Source: Blasia pusilla
Lineage: Eukaryota
Assembly: GCA_050084515.1 (NCBI GenBank)
Contig: CM114271.1
Location: 3,224,001 to 3,288,000, forward strand
Direction: 5' to 3'
DNA length: 64,000 bases
In this document: one piece after another, positions 51,574 to 64,000 of the stretch
Layout: every line of letters starts with the position of its first letter
Position numbering within the stretch: the first letter of the stretch is position 1
Made by a program: the position numbers and the translations under genes
The notes under the pieces: generated by a model
Databases searched by the model: none
Seen by the model: only the letters and a program-made list of their open reading frames with translations
Told to the model about the DNA's origin: nothing

Positions 51574-54500
51574 ATATCTCTGACCCTGATTACTATTCAA
51601 AGGCTCAACTCAAAGATTCTCTCTGATTGTAGTGCAGAGAGATTCGTCAATCTCTTGATGAGATTGAGGATCAATTGGTTTCTTCTTCGTGGTAGACTCT
51701 ACTGCGCCGCAACTGAAATCTCTTCATGAGATTGAGGAGTGCCTGACAATGACTTCATCGTGAAGCTCGAAACTCTTGATCTTCATCGCGACAGTGAAGT
51801 GCATGCTGGAGGAAGTGGAGGGGTACGTGGAGGAGTACGTTTTCATCGTTGCAGTGAACGGGAGTACATCTTCGTCGGTGTAGTGGACGGAGGTGATTTG
51901 TTTCGGTTAGTGTAATCCAGGAATTGGTTAACATTGCCTGAACACCGATGAAACGCCCAGAGCTACCATCACACTTGCCGGGAAAAGCACAGGACCTTGG
52001 CATAGGACTCCGCAACCCACGGACGCAAGTATCCATGGGGACCCACCCTGTCGGTGTGCGGTCCCGGTTTTTTACATTTAATTCAATGGTAAAGAAAATT
52101 AAGGTGGAAAAATATACCAGCATCATGAGTAAGAAAAAAATTATAATAATGTAATGAGAGAAGGCGATGAATATTAAAACCAAAGTGAGAGTAGATAAAA
52201 ACTGACACAAGGAGAGAGTGGAGTAATTCCAAATGTCACATCTCCATTCACATTTTATGGTTGAGAATTTCCAATAGGACAGCTTGCATTTTGCAGCCTC
52301 TACAATGCACAAAGAATGGAGAAATGGAACCGCTTAATGTGGCTAGTGGCAGGCACCGTAATGTGCACTTAGTTTCATTCCCTTCCATATGACTCTTCTT
52401 CGTGGTTGAATGGAGGAAAGCCTACTCACCCTTGCCAATTCGCAGCCAAGCAAATAAGCCCAGCTACACTCTTGCTTGAAAATCTCCAAGACCATCTCTG
52501 AAATCATATCAGATGTGTGATACAATGCTTCAGCAGTCATGAGAGCTGGAAAACATCAATTTCTACTTCCCTCGATGTTAAGAGGAGAAAGTGCAATAGA
52601 TTTTTGAAATCCAAGTCATTTTGGCCAAATGTTTTTGGTTCAAAGATGGTCCTCGACACTTACGTCGTATGCTCAATCAATTCCGCCAACTCCAAACACC
52701 ATTCTAGTACGAAAATCTAACTTACTTCCTCTCAGATCCAAGTGAACGTCTTCGAAGAAAGGACAACTCTAACTTCATAGAAACTAATCTCTTCAAAACA
52801 CATGCCATAGAGATTGATAATTTCTGCGGGTCTTGAGACCCACCCTGATCTACAATACATCGTCAAGAACCTAGGGAAATCAATTGGGCTGCGTTCAGAG
52901 CCTTGAAGGGTATGACTTTATATCAGGTGCAACCTCCGCTATAACGAATATAACAAATTCATCCATCGCAATCTCTTAACAGTCAGGTAGTGACACACTT
53001 GTCTGACCATCTCTGCAGCAGAACTAACACCACCAACTTTCTTCGTCCCCAATGCACAACAGTCCGATACTTCTGCTTTTATAACCTGTCGTTTACCAAG
53101 GATCCAGGAGGCATTCCAAACCCTTACTGAGCTGTAGCTGTAATTTTGTAGTCTCAGCCACAAACAATTAGAGTTTGTCTCCCCAACACAGATTTCTCTC
53201 ACCATCCTGTCCGGAATTACATCTACTCCATGTTTAATCCCAATGGAAAGTCCCCCCCTGTCACTGTGTGAGGCATATGCCGTCTTGGGACTGCAAGTCA
53301 TCTTTTGAAGAATTGCTGGTAGCAAGTCCGAGAAAATATGAGGCAATGCCTTTTTACTGCAAGACCCATACCACAGTCTCCACATAAGGGACCTCTTCCC
53401 TGCATTTGCATGTGACACTTGAAAGTTCAAAAGAATTCCCAATACTGAAGGAAAACCCTGGATTTTAACTGGCGACGGTGGTCCTAACTTACAATACAGA
53501 TGCTTAGAATCACATTCACGAGCCAACTGCGGTTCAACGAGTGGGAGCATGCAGTTAACTCCTCGCGTTCATAGTGTTATACAACCCAAACAGGCAAGCA
53601 TGCATTGCCAAGCTGAGAGTCAATCCTCTTCTATCTAGAAGTTAAATGCTCTTCCAAATTTGGGTGATACGCAGAACAGGAATTCCGCCAACCACTCTTC
53701 AGATACTTCTGTGACAGCTTACCCGTTACATAATCTTCAGATTCATGAATTTTTTTTGACACCAGAACAATTCAATAATGTTCCACCCTGCAGTTGCTTC
53801 TGGCACCTTAGGACCACAACACACCTCTGGCAACCCTCTAAATAATATGACAGCCAGAACCAGTTGCAACCTGAATCAATATGTAGTACAATGTCGAGGT
53901 ACATGGCATGCGCATGTCAAATCCTCAAGGTCATCAGACAATCTGTAGCACAGCACCACACCTGTCAAAACCATACTATATGTCAAATGACAATGGTGAC
54001 TCATCCGCGGATATAAAAAGTTATGGCCTAGAGACAATGAGTAAGCAAAGAAAAGTTTTAGTGGTTGTAAATAATCTTCATCAAAAATCACCAATAGAGT
54101 TCGAATTACTCAAGAATATAGCTGAGACCTTCTTTTTCCAAATACTTCTCCACACATAAAAGAAGGGTGATGGGATGACTTTGTAGTTCATCCTCTCCAA
54201 CAACAGACACAGAAACTGATAGTAGGGTCCAAAGGTGTAGACGTACAGCCTGTCCAAATGCAGGCTGCTCTGAAAACACATGCTGGTGGAGAAAACGAGA
54301 CGCAAAACTGGGTTTATGCTAGCCATTCAGACACTATCGTTTCCAGCCTAGATACCATAATCAAGTAGTACAGCTGTGTCTCCTTTCAGGAAAAAGATTG
54401 ATATGGAGACAGGTTGCCTTCTTCCAAGTAGAGCCCAGCCAAAGAACCTAGAAATAAGTGAGGGAAAATGATTCACCGGCTGGCCCATAGGCTGATCACT

Positions 54501-55398
54501 TCAAATATTGTGCATTGTGTACCAGCCCAAGACTACTCTTCCATTTACTTATGAACAAATACCCACTTTGGCACTAGGAACTTAATGAAGAGTCCCCGTA
54601 CAGATCAATGGCAGAAAAATGTGTCACGTGAAGAGATATACTCTGGCATTGAGATCGCCCCCAAGTTTCTGACTCCCAAGAGCAGCTCCAACCTCCATTT
54701 CACTCCATAGAAAAATAGCAACCTATCACATGCAAGAATGTAAGTCAGGTTAATAGTTGAGTGATGTGTTTCCGCTACACTTTTTTTCTTGGAGACCCTA
54801 AATACTCACGTTCTTCCAAGTAGCATACTGGCTCTAACAGGAGTGTAAATATTCTACCTATTTTCAATTCGTGTCACTATGAGAGGTAGGAAATGATACA
54901 AGGCTAGTAACTGTGGGGCATTTGAACTCAAATCCCTTGAGTTTCAGGTTTGGTATACACAGTTTTCCTTTCTGAAAGAAAAAACATCACCCTCCTAATT
55001 TAACATGCAGACAGCAGTATAGAAAGCTAGTGCCAACGTGTCCGAGATCCTTGGTATACACTTGCATTAAACTACACAATTTCATAGCTTCAGATTCAAA
55101 ACTTTCATGACTGCAATACTTGTAGATCCCCTGAACTATGGCACAATTCAAAAATCAGGTAGGCAGTAGAATAAAACCTGGAAAGTACCAACCATTAAGT
55201 CTTCATGACCATCATTTCAAAAAACCCCAGTGCGCTCCAATCACCCAGTAGGTTAGTAACAATGGTAGGTTGCAAACTAAACGTATTACGCATCCACCTG
55301 TAAACCTTCTTCAATCAGTACTCTTTCCCTCAGATCGCATCAATGTCCATATTCCCGCACACTGGATTTGAGGGCAAGCTGAATTTCATGGTTCATCT

Positions 55399-58300
55399 TC
55401 ATGATGGCAATTTCCTGCACATCAAATAAAATAATAGTAAGTGAGTTACATGGCAAAGTAAAGCATCAAAGATTACATAACAATTTACTAAAACCTCATG
55501 AAAAAAATAACCATTCTTAATCACATTCACCCAGAGCATTCGACATCAGCTTCCCAATCAAACAACCATGTGTGTGATTGATTCCCCTAACAGTGTAGTA
55601 ATGAGACAGTGAGACCAATACATCACATTGACCATTTCCCAGGAAGATAGAAAGCCCTCACCTGTCTTGATGGTTTTCAGCAGCAATTTCACTTGGTCCT
55701 TGAATGGAGTTTAAACCGACAAAACCATGAACTCCGGCCAACTTCAAAAGAGCACGTCTAAGCTCAGCTGCTCGTGTCACCCTCATGTTCTTCTCCTCTG
55801 CATTGTTCCTAACGAACTCCGCATCATCCATTGAATTAAGAAGAACCACTACAGCTGATGAACTGAATCTCCGCACTCCATTATTAGTATCCTCACCATC
55901 CTCAACTCCTTTCCTTTGCCTTTCCTTTAGGCTGCCTGAGTTAAGGTTTTGAAGAGAAGTCAACAGCTGGGAGTGGTGAGATGACATCCAGCTTGCCAGC
56001 ACCACCGCTGCAAATCTTCCGAATGCAGGCGGGAGAAAGAGCATGATATTTACAAGTTGAGAGGTAGGTGCATGGTATCTAAGGAGCAGCAAAAGGCCTG
56101 ACATCCCCTCAGAGTTGACTTGCGGATTCAGGACAGTGGAACATATCTTCAGAACCTGCATAACAACTGAGAGAGGCGCGGCTTGCAGCTCAGCTACAAG
56201 CAGTCTCCAGAAAATCTGCTGCTCTATAAACTCCCACTTAAGTGAGTTCTTTATAAATCTTGTCAGCACTTCCTGCTGATCTCCCACAATAGAAAATTCA
56301 CCGAGCAACAACCTAAACTCAAATGTGGATAGATCTTGCGGGTCCATGCTAGAAACCAATAACTGAAAAATCTTGTCCTTGCCGACGGACAAATTTGGGA
56401 GGTATCTGAAGACTGATGGGAGAATTCTTAGGAACCTTTTGGTATTCCATACTAGACATGTTTCTAAATCAGACAATAATTCTACATCCACGTTCTCAGC
56501 TTCTAGGTCGCTTGTTTCAGTTTTCAATAACCCCTCTATTTTGCTATTGTGCAGTCCTTGGTTTTGATGCGACCCATTGTTGTCTCCGTGTACTGTCACC
56601 TGCCCTTTACATACGAGGTTCAAAAACTCTTCATAAATCTTGAATGCATCAGATACTGTTCCGCGAATCTTTGCATGTGTATCTCCTCCTGTCTGTAGCT
56701 CTCTGGACCTGTTCCCTTTCCTGGTTAATGCTACTGAATTTCCACTGCCATGTGCCTTTCCAACAACTCCTGTGAGACCATTTCTTCTGTGATCCCTACC
56801 ACTCTCTCCAGATCTCTCTGTAAATTCTCCCTCTTCATCTCCGTCTCCATTCATGCTTGGGTCGTAATAGTCTTCCTCATTCTTGCTGTTCACTGCTGTT
56901 TCAGAATCCTGTACTCCTCCCGGAGCACTTGCACTTATGGACCTAGCACGTAGGCCTCTGGATGACATTGGTTCCATATCCTCTGCCAACCTGGAGACAT
57001 GACATAGAAGCCGGGCTCCCACCGCTAGTCCCTCCCTGTCCCAGCAGAGAAGCAATTGATGCAGCAGCGGTCTGCTCCGGCAATTAGCCACATAAAATCG
57101 AAGCACAGCTGCAGTCAATGAGAGTGTCTCATCGCCTTCTGGCCGGTCAGATGGGAGTGTTTGCAGAGGGCCAAAAAGCCCATACCCCCCTTTCTTTATC
57201 ATCGCAGTGATCTGGCTTGCCAATTTGGTCAATGTGAGGGATGCAGAATCTCCCGAGGAATTCACTGTTCCGCTTGGTGCCAATTCAGAGTTTGACTCAC
57301 TTTTTATCGAGTCGTTGTCTTTGCAAAGCTTATCCACGAACATTTGATCTGGAGCCGACATGACCAACCCCAAAAGCTTTTCCAGGACACTTACAGCAGC
57401 TTCTTGCGACCTACTCAAGGATTCAGCAAGCCTTTCAAAGTTCTGTTGAATTTCAAGTTGCAGGCTCTCTGCAGCATTCAACCTCCTCCGCTTCCTGTTC
57501 ATACCATCAGAGTCACCAGGTTTGGAATCTTCCATGCTGGGACCCGTTACCAGATCCAGGCTTTGTCCTGAATCACTATTTACACCACCTCCACTGTGCT
57601 CTCGACCTGGAGATGTTGCAGAGCCCAGAGCAAACATACCCTTCATGACTGATCCCCCCGTCTGTTGTTGTATGTGGTCATATGATGTTTCTAGTTGAAA
57701 ATGTTCGGGCCTCATCTGCTTGAAACCTTCCCCGGATTCACTCTTACAGTGAGCAGCAAAGTAGAAGTGGAGTTTATCTCTAAGCCACGAGGCAACTAGA
57801 CCAGAATCCGTAAGAGCATGCAAGGATCTAACCACACCCTTACCCACCAAGATATCGACAGAGGATGTTACTCCTTTCTGAATCAAGTCTTTTCTGACCG
57901 GATCATAGTGTTCGATTAGAAGAAATAGAAACTCGAGGAGGGAGTGTGTCATGTCCACATATTTAGGAATCGAATGTACCATCAGCAAAATGCCCGGTTC
58001 GATATTCATGATATTGTCAGTTTTACTCATGAAAAATAGCCAGTCGTAAAACAGAGCAAGTTTTGCGTTAGCCTCTACATGACTGCTCTTGCAGCACTTC
58101 AACAGCCACCCCACCACGGCCCACCGCGTAACTATGTCCGACTGAAGAATCTGATTCGATGGATGGTGCACGCAGCAGATGAAACGGATTAGGTCACATA
58201 CGAGAGTCTCGCTCTCTGGTGATGACAGAAACCGTTGTGCAAACCATGTTTGATAACGCCGCTGACTCCCCATTCTCACATGCGTGAGCATAAATCGTAT

Positions 58301-59146
58301 CTGATTCTCCATTTCAGGGGTAACCCGGGATATTAAATAGCGAGGCGGTGTCCGGACCACGTAAAGTTGGGCGATGTCAGCAAAAGCAGGAGCTTTGAAG
58401 GCGGCGGGATTACTCAACAAATCTCTCCAGATTGATTCAAATTCGGGGATGAACGCGACGTCCTGGAGAAGCCGAACTAAATCCCTTCCAATCATAAGAC
58501 AATCCTGGAATCTCTCTCTCAAAATCTGTACGCAAAAGGCCGTCTCATTTTGCTTGAGATCATTGAGATTTGGACCTTTCGCCATTGTGTGGTCGGGTAG
58601 GAGACGAAGATATGTGTAGAGAGCCGTGGTGAACAACGGTGGACTGCCACTAACCCAGGTCCAACTGCTTTTCATGATCTGCAAGAGCTCCGCAGCGAGC
58701 CACACATTTCCAGAGCTCAAATCACCACCCGCCACTTGCCTTAATAATGACAGACACAGGTTTTCTACGTCCGCGGCACTGAGGTTGATCAGCTGCTTCA
58801 GCAACCATAAAATCTGCGAACGACTCTGCTCCAATAACTTCGGATATGACTCATTCACCAACCGCATAAGAATGGAAACGAATGAGGCATATCCATCAGT
58901 AGTAATGGCTGTGAGGTGAGTGATGTGGGAGGAGGCCGCAGAAGCGTTTAGAAGAATACCACAGAGAAGAGCTTGAGTAAGCTGTGCATGCTGAGCAGTG
59001 GAAAGAGTAGAAAGGTGATAGGGAGGGGTGAGCTGACTTTGAAAAGTCGCATAAGTGCGCAAGAGCATTTCTTCAAGTTCATCGGCAGCCTCATACTGGC
59101 CGCCTCTGTGCATCAGTTTCGGAGAGGCCATACCGAAGCCTGCCAT
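55399..59146 (-). CDS. INTS3: Integrator complex subunit 3 (SOSS-A)
   Basis: 1162-aa ORF with QRRYQTWF..PESETLVCDLIRFICCVHHPSNQIL..RWAVVGWLL..ANAKLALFYDWLFF..NIMNIEPG. A likely terminal intron at 55415-55661 would give ...QDRKLPS*; otherwise the ORF ends at 55658. Confidence 0.93.
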
Positions 59147-61423
59147 GGCTTTCTTCTATGGCTAGTTCTTACACGCTACAGGTCTACCAGCATTGCCGAC
59201 ATTACTTGAGACCGCCGTGCATCTTTCATCCATTATACATAGAGCTCGAATAATTCCCCCAGAAGGACCGCTCAAATGTTCTTCCCACATTGCCTGTGTC
59301 CATACCTAGTTGCCATGATTTCAAGGTTTGAGGTCTTCGTGGATAAAGCATTGTACTCGTTCCCTCACAATCTCCTTGTGACATTGCTGTAAAGACACTG
59401 GAACCCTAAGTCATCAGATTCTATTCGTGGAAAAAACCTTTACCACAAACCCTTGCCGACATAAACCCCTCCGATTGACATCAATCGATTCAAATGCCTT
59501 GACCTCCAAATTGAAAGATGAATGACGAATTGCAATAAACACCAAAACTTAACCTTGATACGAAGAGCCTAATAGTAAAACCTTACGCCAGATGTCAAAA
59601 ATTCGAGAAAACGACCAAAGCAGACATCCCTCTCACTCGACCCCACCACCATTCTCACAAGAAACATGACCTCCCAAGCACGATAACCACACGCAACCGC
59701 AGACAATTCCTCACCCCAGCCCTCCACTCTCCGCCAAAACTGCCCCCACCACCCGAAAATCTTCTCCCCCAACCCGCAAGAAGCCCCCTCCCTCACCTTT
59801 CCCAAAGCACCAACGGACCTCGTAAAGATCAAGACAACAACAACAGCGCGCTCCTGCTCCTCCTGCCGCTCCGCTCCAATTCCATTCCTCCTCCTCCTCA
59901 TTGCTCCACCCGCGACGCGATCAGCCCCTCCGATCCTCCTCTGCTTCCCCTTCCATAGCCGATCCCACGCACACCAACTCCTCGCATCTCCCCTCCTCCT
60001 CCTCCTCCTCACACCAGAGCGCTCGCTCTTCCCCTTCCGTCCCTCCTCCAGCTCCGGGACGGGGACCTTACATTTTGCGAAGTGATCCAGCCACGGGCGT
60101 TTTATATGCGCTGCGGAGCCCATGGCGCGTCGTCCCTTATCCTCGCTCTACCTAGGCATTAGGTAGAGCCCCGGCCCGAAACCCCTCCCGAATAAGACAA
60201 AAGGGCGCGGCCCGGACTGTATGTAAGCGGGGGAGAGAGAGAGAGACGGAGGCAGAGGGAGTATCCCGCGCGCCGGAGTTTTGTCGATTGCGAGACGTGT
60301 CGTCACGCTACTGCGTCCGAAAAATAATAACGAAACGCCCCGCGAGTTCTGAAGCCTTGTGCGTGTTCCTGTAGCGCGCGTACTTAAGTGGCATTTAAAT
60401 AAATGGTGCTTCTTTTTCAGTTTTCTATTATGTGGTATTATCACTTTCTTGTGACCTCTCTTTCGGAGATTAAATATAGTACTCATTTTATTGAGTGTTA
60501 TTATAACCACGGGGGATTCCTGCAAGAACACCTCTTGGTTCCAAGTCTACATCATAAATTAAATTATTTTACTTTATAGGCATGTGCCCTTTTCTTTCAG
60601 ATTTATATTTCATGGTGCATGTAGTGAGTAATTTGTTTGGTTTAGTCTCTCTACCATTGAGTAGAATTTCTATGTCTTCTTTTCTTGTTGAGACATTTAA
60701 TGTGTTAAAACCAGTTTGCCGCCTTTTAGAGAGGGGTGGGAGAAAAAATGCTTAATAGGCACGTGTAGAGGAAACAAAAAAAACTTGTTGGGGTCGTAAC
60801 AAGAATCATCGTCTCAAGCACGACCACGGAAGCGGAGGCTCCTACTCCATTGACAAAACAAAATGACCACTTACTTCCCAACCTCCAATCAACGAATTAA
60901 TGCACGAGGAGGGAGGATCAAAGCTTTCTCTATTGTGAACTGAAAGGGAAGTTACGAAACTGAAATGGACTGAAGTGAGTGCTCGGGAATGGAACGCGTT
61001 GAACGATTCGAGCTCTTTACAATGACGCTCCCAAGGCAGTCTAAGACGGCTTTACGTGTCATGATCTAGGGCTACGGATTTAGGAGAAGACAACGAAGGC
61101 CCAAGGTTGCTATTAAGGTCACACGAATCTAATTAATATTAATCACACGAACCTAAGGTCATATGAATCTTATTATGCGGATCTCTATGCAAAAATAACA
61201 CAAACTAAAGTAACTTGCCCAATCAGGAAACAAAACAAAGCATACATGTAGGGGCCGTAATGATTTCATGAATCTTTTTATTTGTAATTACTACTCACAT
61301 TTGGTAAGAGGACAAGACGAGTCAAAAGTATCTCATGAGGGGAAGGAATCTAGAATTGCAAGGTGGAGAGTAAGGGTTGAAGTAATCATCTTAATCATGA
61401 TTTGTGTTCTATTTATGCACTAA

Positions 61424-61597
61424 TCTATATTATTATTGGAGAGCGACTTCTTGATTTGCAAACATCTGTTTGCTTGACACGTGGCACGTGGCAACGAGAA
61501 AACGTTCCGATAATATTACGGGCAACCAGAAAAATTTTAATTTATGTGAGCATGATTAATCCCTTCACTCCTGTACATGACACGAGCTTTACACTAG
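61424..61597 (+). mobile_element. Non-autonomous Helitron (174 bp)
   Basis: A|TC...CTAG|T insertion, subterminal hairpin CTCCTGT-acatg-ACACGAG, related copies at ~5800 and ~61780-61880 (-). Confidence 0.7.
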
Positions 61598-61875
61598 TAA
61601 TGTTTAGTTAGCAATAGAGCAAAATTTGATACTTTGGAGTTTGGAAGCTTCTTACTTTCCATAGAAAGAAACTTTTGACTTGTGGTATATGTTTCCTTTC
61701 ACTTATGGTTACCATTTAGGAAACTCAAACCAAAGGAGGCCAAAATTAAATTGACAAATTGATCTGTCAAATAAACTCCGAGCGATCTTATTGGCTGAGA
61801 GGGCGAGCAATCTTGTTGGCCGAGAGGGCCATATCTGAAGAGGAAAGATGTTTGAAAATCAAAGGGGCACTTTCT

Positions 61876-61879
<4 letters not shown>

Positions 61880-61969
<90 letters not shown>
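61880..61969. repeat. (TA)n microsatellite at the 5' end of a related Helitron-like copy on the minus strand
   Basis: About 45 TA units. The adjacent minus-strand sequence TATTATTAGAAAGTGCCCCTTTGATTTTCAAACATC resembles 61428-61466. Confidence 0.95.
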
Positions 61970-61971
<2 letters not shown>

Positions 61972-63030
61972 TAGATTTTGAGCATGTATATTGTCCCTCA
62001 AAAACCTCTCCAAGGTAAAATTCAACTTCAATTGACAAATGTTTGGGATTAAAAATATCTATTCAAAGATTCATATAGATATTTTATTATGTGTATACAG
62101 ATTGATATGTATCATAAATTGGTTACCATGTACAAACGTTTGAGATCCATTTCTCTTGTGAATGTTAACAAATTATGCAAATAACAATACAATTTTTTAA
62201 TTCTTCACTCTTTCTCATATATAAACTCAAATTTGATTTAACCACTTTGATTCTCAAGCACAACACACGTTGATCTCAACAAGGGAATCTAATACAATAA
62301 GTATTCCCTTTAATAGTAGCAGGTGTTTCCACGATAATGATGGATAATCTTCATTTGATTCAACACTCGCTTTATCCAAGAGCATCGGTAATCATATTTA
62401 ATACCTCTTCTAATGTACACTCATTACCATTTATAATCAAGTGTCATCAAACAATGTGTCGTAACTTATGGAGAGGAAGGTGAGATAACATCGAGGCCTA
62501 AAGGGCTCCTTAATTCATAGTTCTCATATTATGAGGTCATGGTGAGGTGCTACCTTGGAGATTACTAGTTTGCTAGTTGTAGAGAGAGACCTTGGTGGCA
62601 GACATTGTTATACTTTATCAAGGTTTTGGGGGATTGCGACAACTAATGTTGGAGCACATTGGGGATTGCTGGAGCAATCATAAAAGTTGGTGATATTATG
62701 CTAGTTGGGAGTAACTAGATGCAAGGGAAAGTATTTAGTGGTTGTCTCAAGTGCGATGTCTGCATATCGTAGAGTGAGCATTGCTTTGACGTAGATCTTG
62801 TAGCTCTAGAGTGAGCTAGATAGGTATTGCAAGGTTCATCACAACGTACCCAAAGATAGTATTGGGGAGTGTGTTATGAAGGATTTATGAGGAGTAGGGC
62901 TAAGTATCAAGGATCTCCATGTAAGAATTTTATCTGTATCTTCTTTACAAGGGACTTTAATGGATTCTTAGTTTCTTTAGAGACCACAAAGTGTCGTAAG
63001 TGTTTCCATACTATTGTTGTGGGAGATGGA

Positions 63031-63860
63031 TGTGACGTCTTTCAGGATAGACCGGTAAGATCTAGTAGAGCGCCTTTGCGAGTAGTGTAGGATAGGCTCA
63101 GAAGGTTGAGGAGGACATGTTGAGGCCGCGGGAAACCTGAGAGAGCAAGTTTCCCCTTCGTTTCGGCTCATTTGGAGCCATATTGAGGAACTTACTATTT
63201 TGGATAATTACCATTTTGAGTATATGGTCACCTTTCTATTTTTGTAAGTCATCCTTGACCTCCTTCATCAGGTCAAGAGTCGAGGAGATGACTTGGGAGC
63301 ATAGATTACCACGGAGAGAACTTGGGAGAGGGAAGGGGTATACCTCAAGGAGAGAGAGCTTGAGAGCTCATTCTCTCTTTGTTGAACCTTTTGGCATGAG
63401 GCAGCGGAGCTATGGTCCTCCTTGCCTTGTGTGTGTAAACCAAGCCTCTCATTAGGAGAGTGGGTTTGGTTTGACATGAGAGCGAGTGCACACCATGGAG
63501 AGGTTGGTGTGAGGTGTTGAGAGAGATTTTACCTTATTTTACAAAGAGGGAATGAGAGGGTGGGAGAGCTTCAATGGAGGAGCACGCTAGTTACTCGTTG
63601 TTGGTGCAAGTTGGGGACCGTGTTCCCTATTCAACAGCTCACGGGAATGCTCACTGGAGCAAACGTTACTTATTTTACTATTTTCCATTGTTGATTTTTT
63701 GTGTGGAAGAGTGGCGCACGGAAGCGTTGCCCAAATTTCCTTAGAGATGAAGTTTAGGGGCAGATTTCCCTTTTAGTGCTCTCGAGAGCACCAAGTAGCT
63801 TGGTTGTTTATGATTTGACAGGTCTTGAGTTTTTTGTGGAAGAAATTAGCGCGGAAACAC
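63031..63860 (+). mobile_element. 5' end (A1 plus leader) of another family-2 element
   Basis: Starts TGTGACGTC and is colinear with the reverse complement of 32892-~32060, including the leader beyond A. Confidence 0.85.
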
Positions 63861-64000
63861 TGCTGATTTTGTCCTACACTGGAACAAATCATGGTTTTAA
63901 TAACTTGCTCATATGACTCATTTTAGTCATATATAACCATAAATGACTGGCCATGATTGGTGACTCATGGAGTCACAAAAGCCTAGTCATGTACCATATT

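Noticed and set aside
52343-53550. 203-aa minus-strand ORF and neighbouring ORFs
   Set aside because: Possibly a decayed gene fragment, but no product can be supported.
59569-60531. Minus-strand ORFs upstream of INTS3
   Set aside because: Purine- and GC-rich 5' UTR, leader intron or promoter sequence; the translations are low-complexity.

Overview
Eukaryotic, transposon-rich land-plant DNA. A ciliary CFAP20DC gene points to a lineage with flagellated sperm, probably a bryophyte, though a lycophyte or fern is not excluded. Host genes: a multi-exon CFAP20DC/C3orf67-like gene (+, 17205-22360), INTS3 (-, ~55399-59146) and a possible first exon at the window start. The main find is a degenerate Ty3/gypsy-type retrotransposon (34094-43459, +) with three unusual features. 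(i) Its pol frame carries a C5 DNA-cytosine methyltransferase domain between protease and RT. (ii) Its DDE integrase ends in a PHD finger. (iii) It has no ordinary LTR pair, PBS or PPT, but split direct repeats A1...B1-A2-B2 with a near-palindromic B1/A2 junction; that layout is known from tyrosine-recombinase (PAT/Ngaro-type) elements. A second, diverged family member (23704-32892, -) has a different A repeat, a related B repeat and a matching end layout. It is internally deleted and hosts a nested Ty1/copia (TSD ATATA). Further A-repeat copies lie at ~3.2, ~24.7 and ~63.0 kb. Also present: CRE-like LINE fragments, a Tourist-like MITE, small Helitrons, a trihelix pseudogene and acyl-ACP thioesterase exon fragments. 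All calls were made by eye; no database searches were run.
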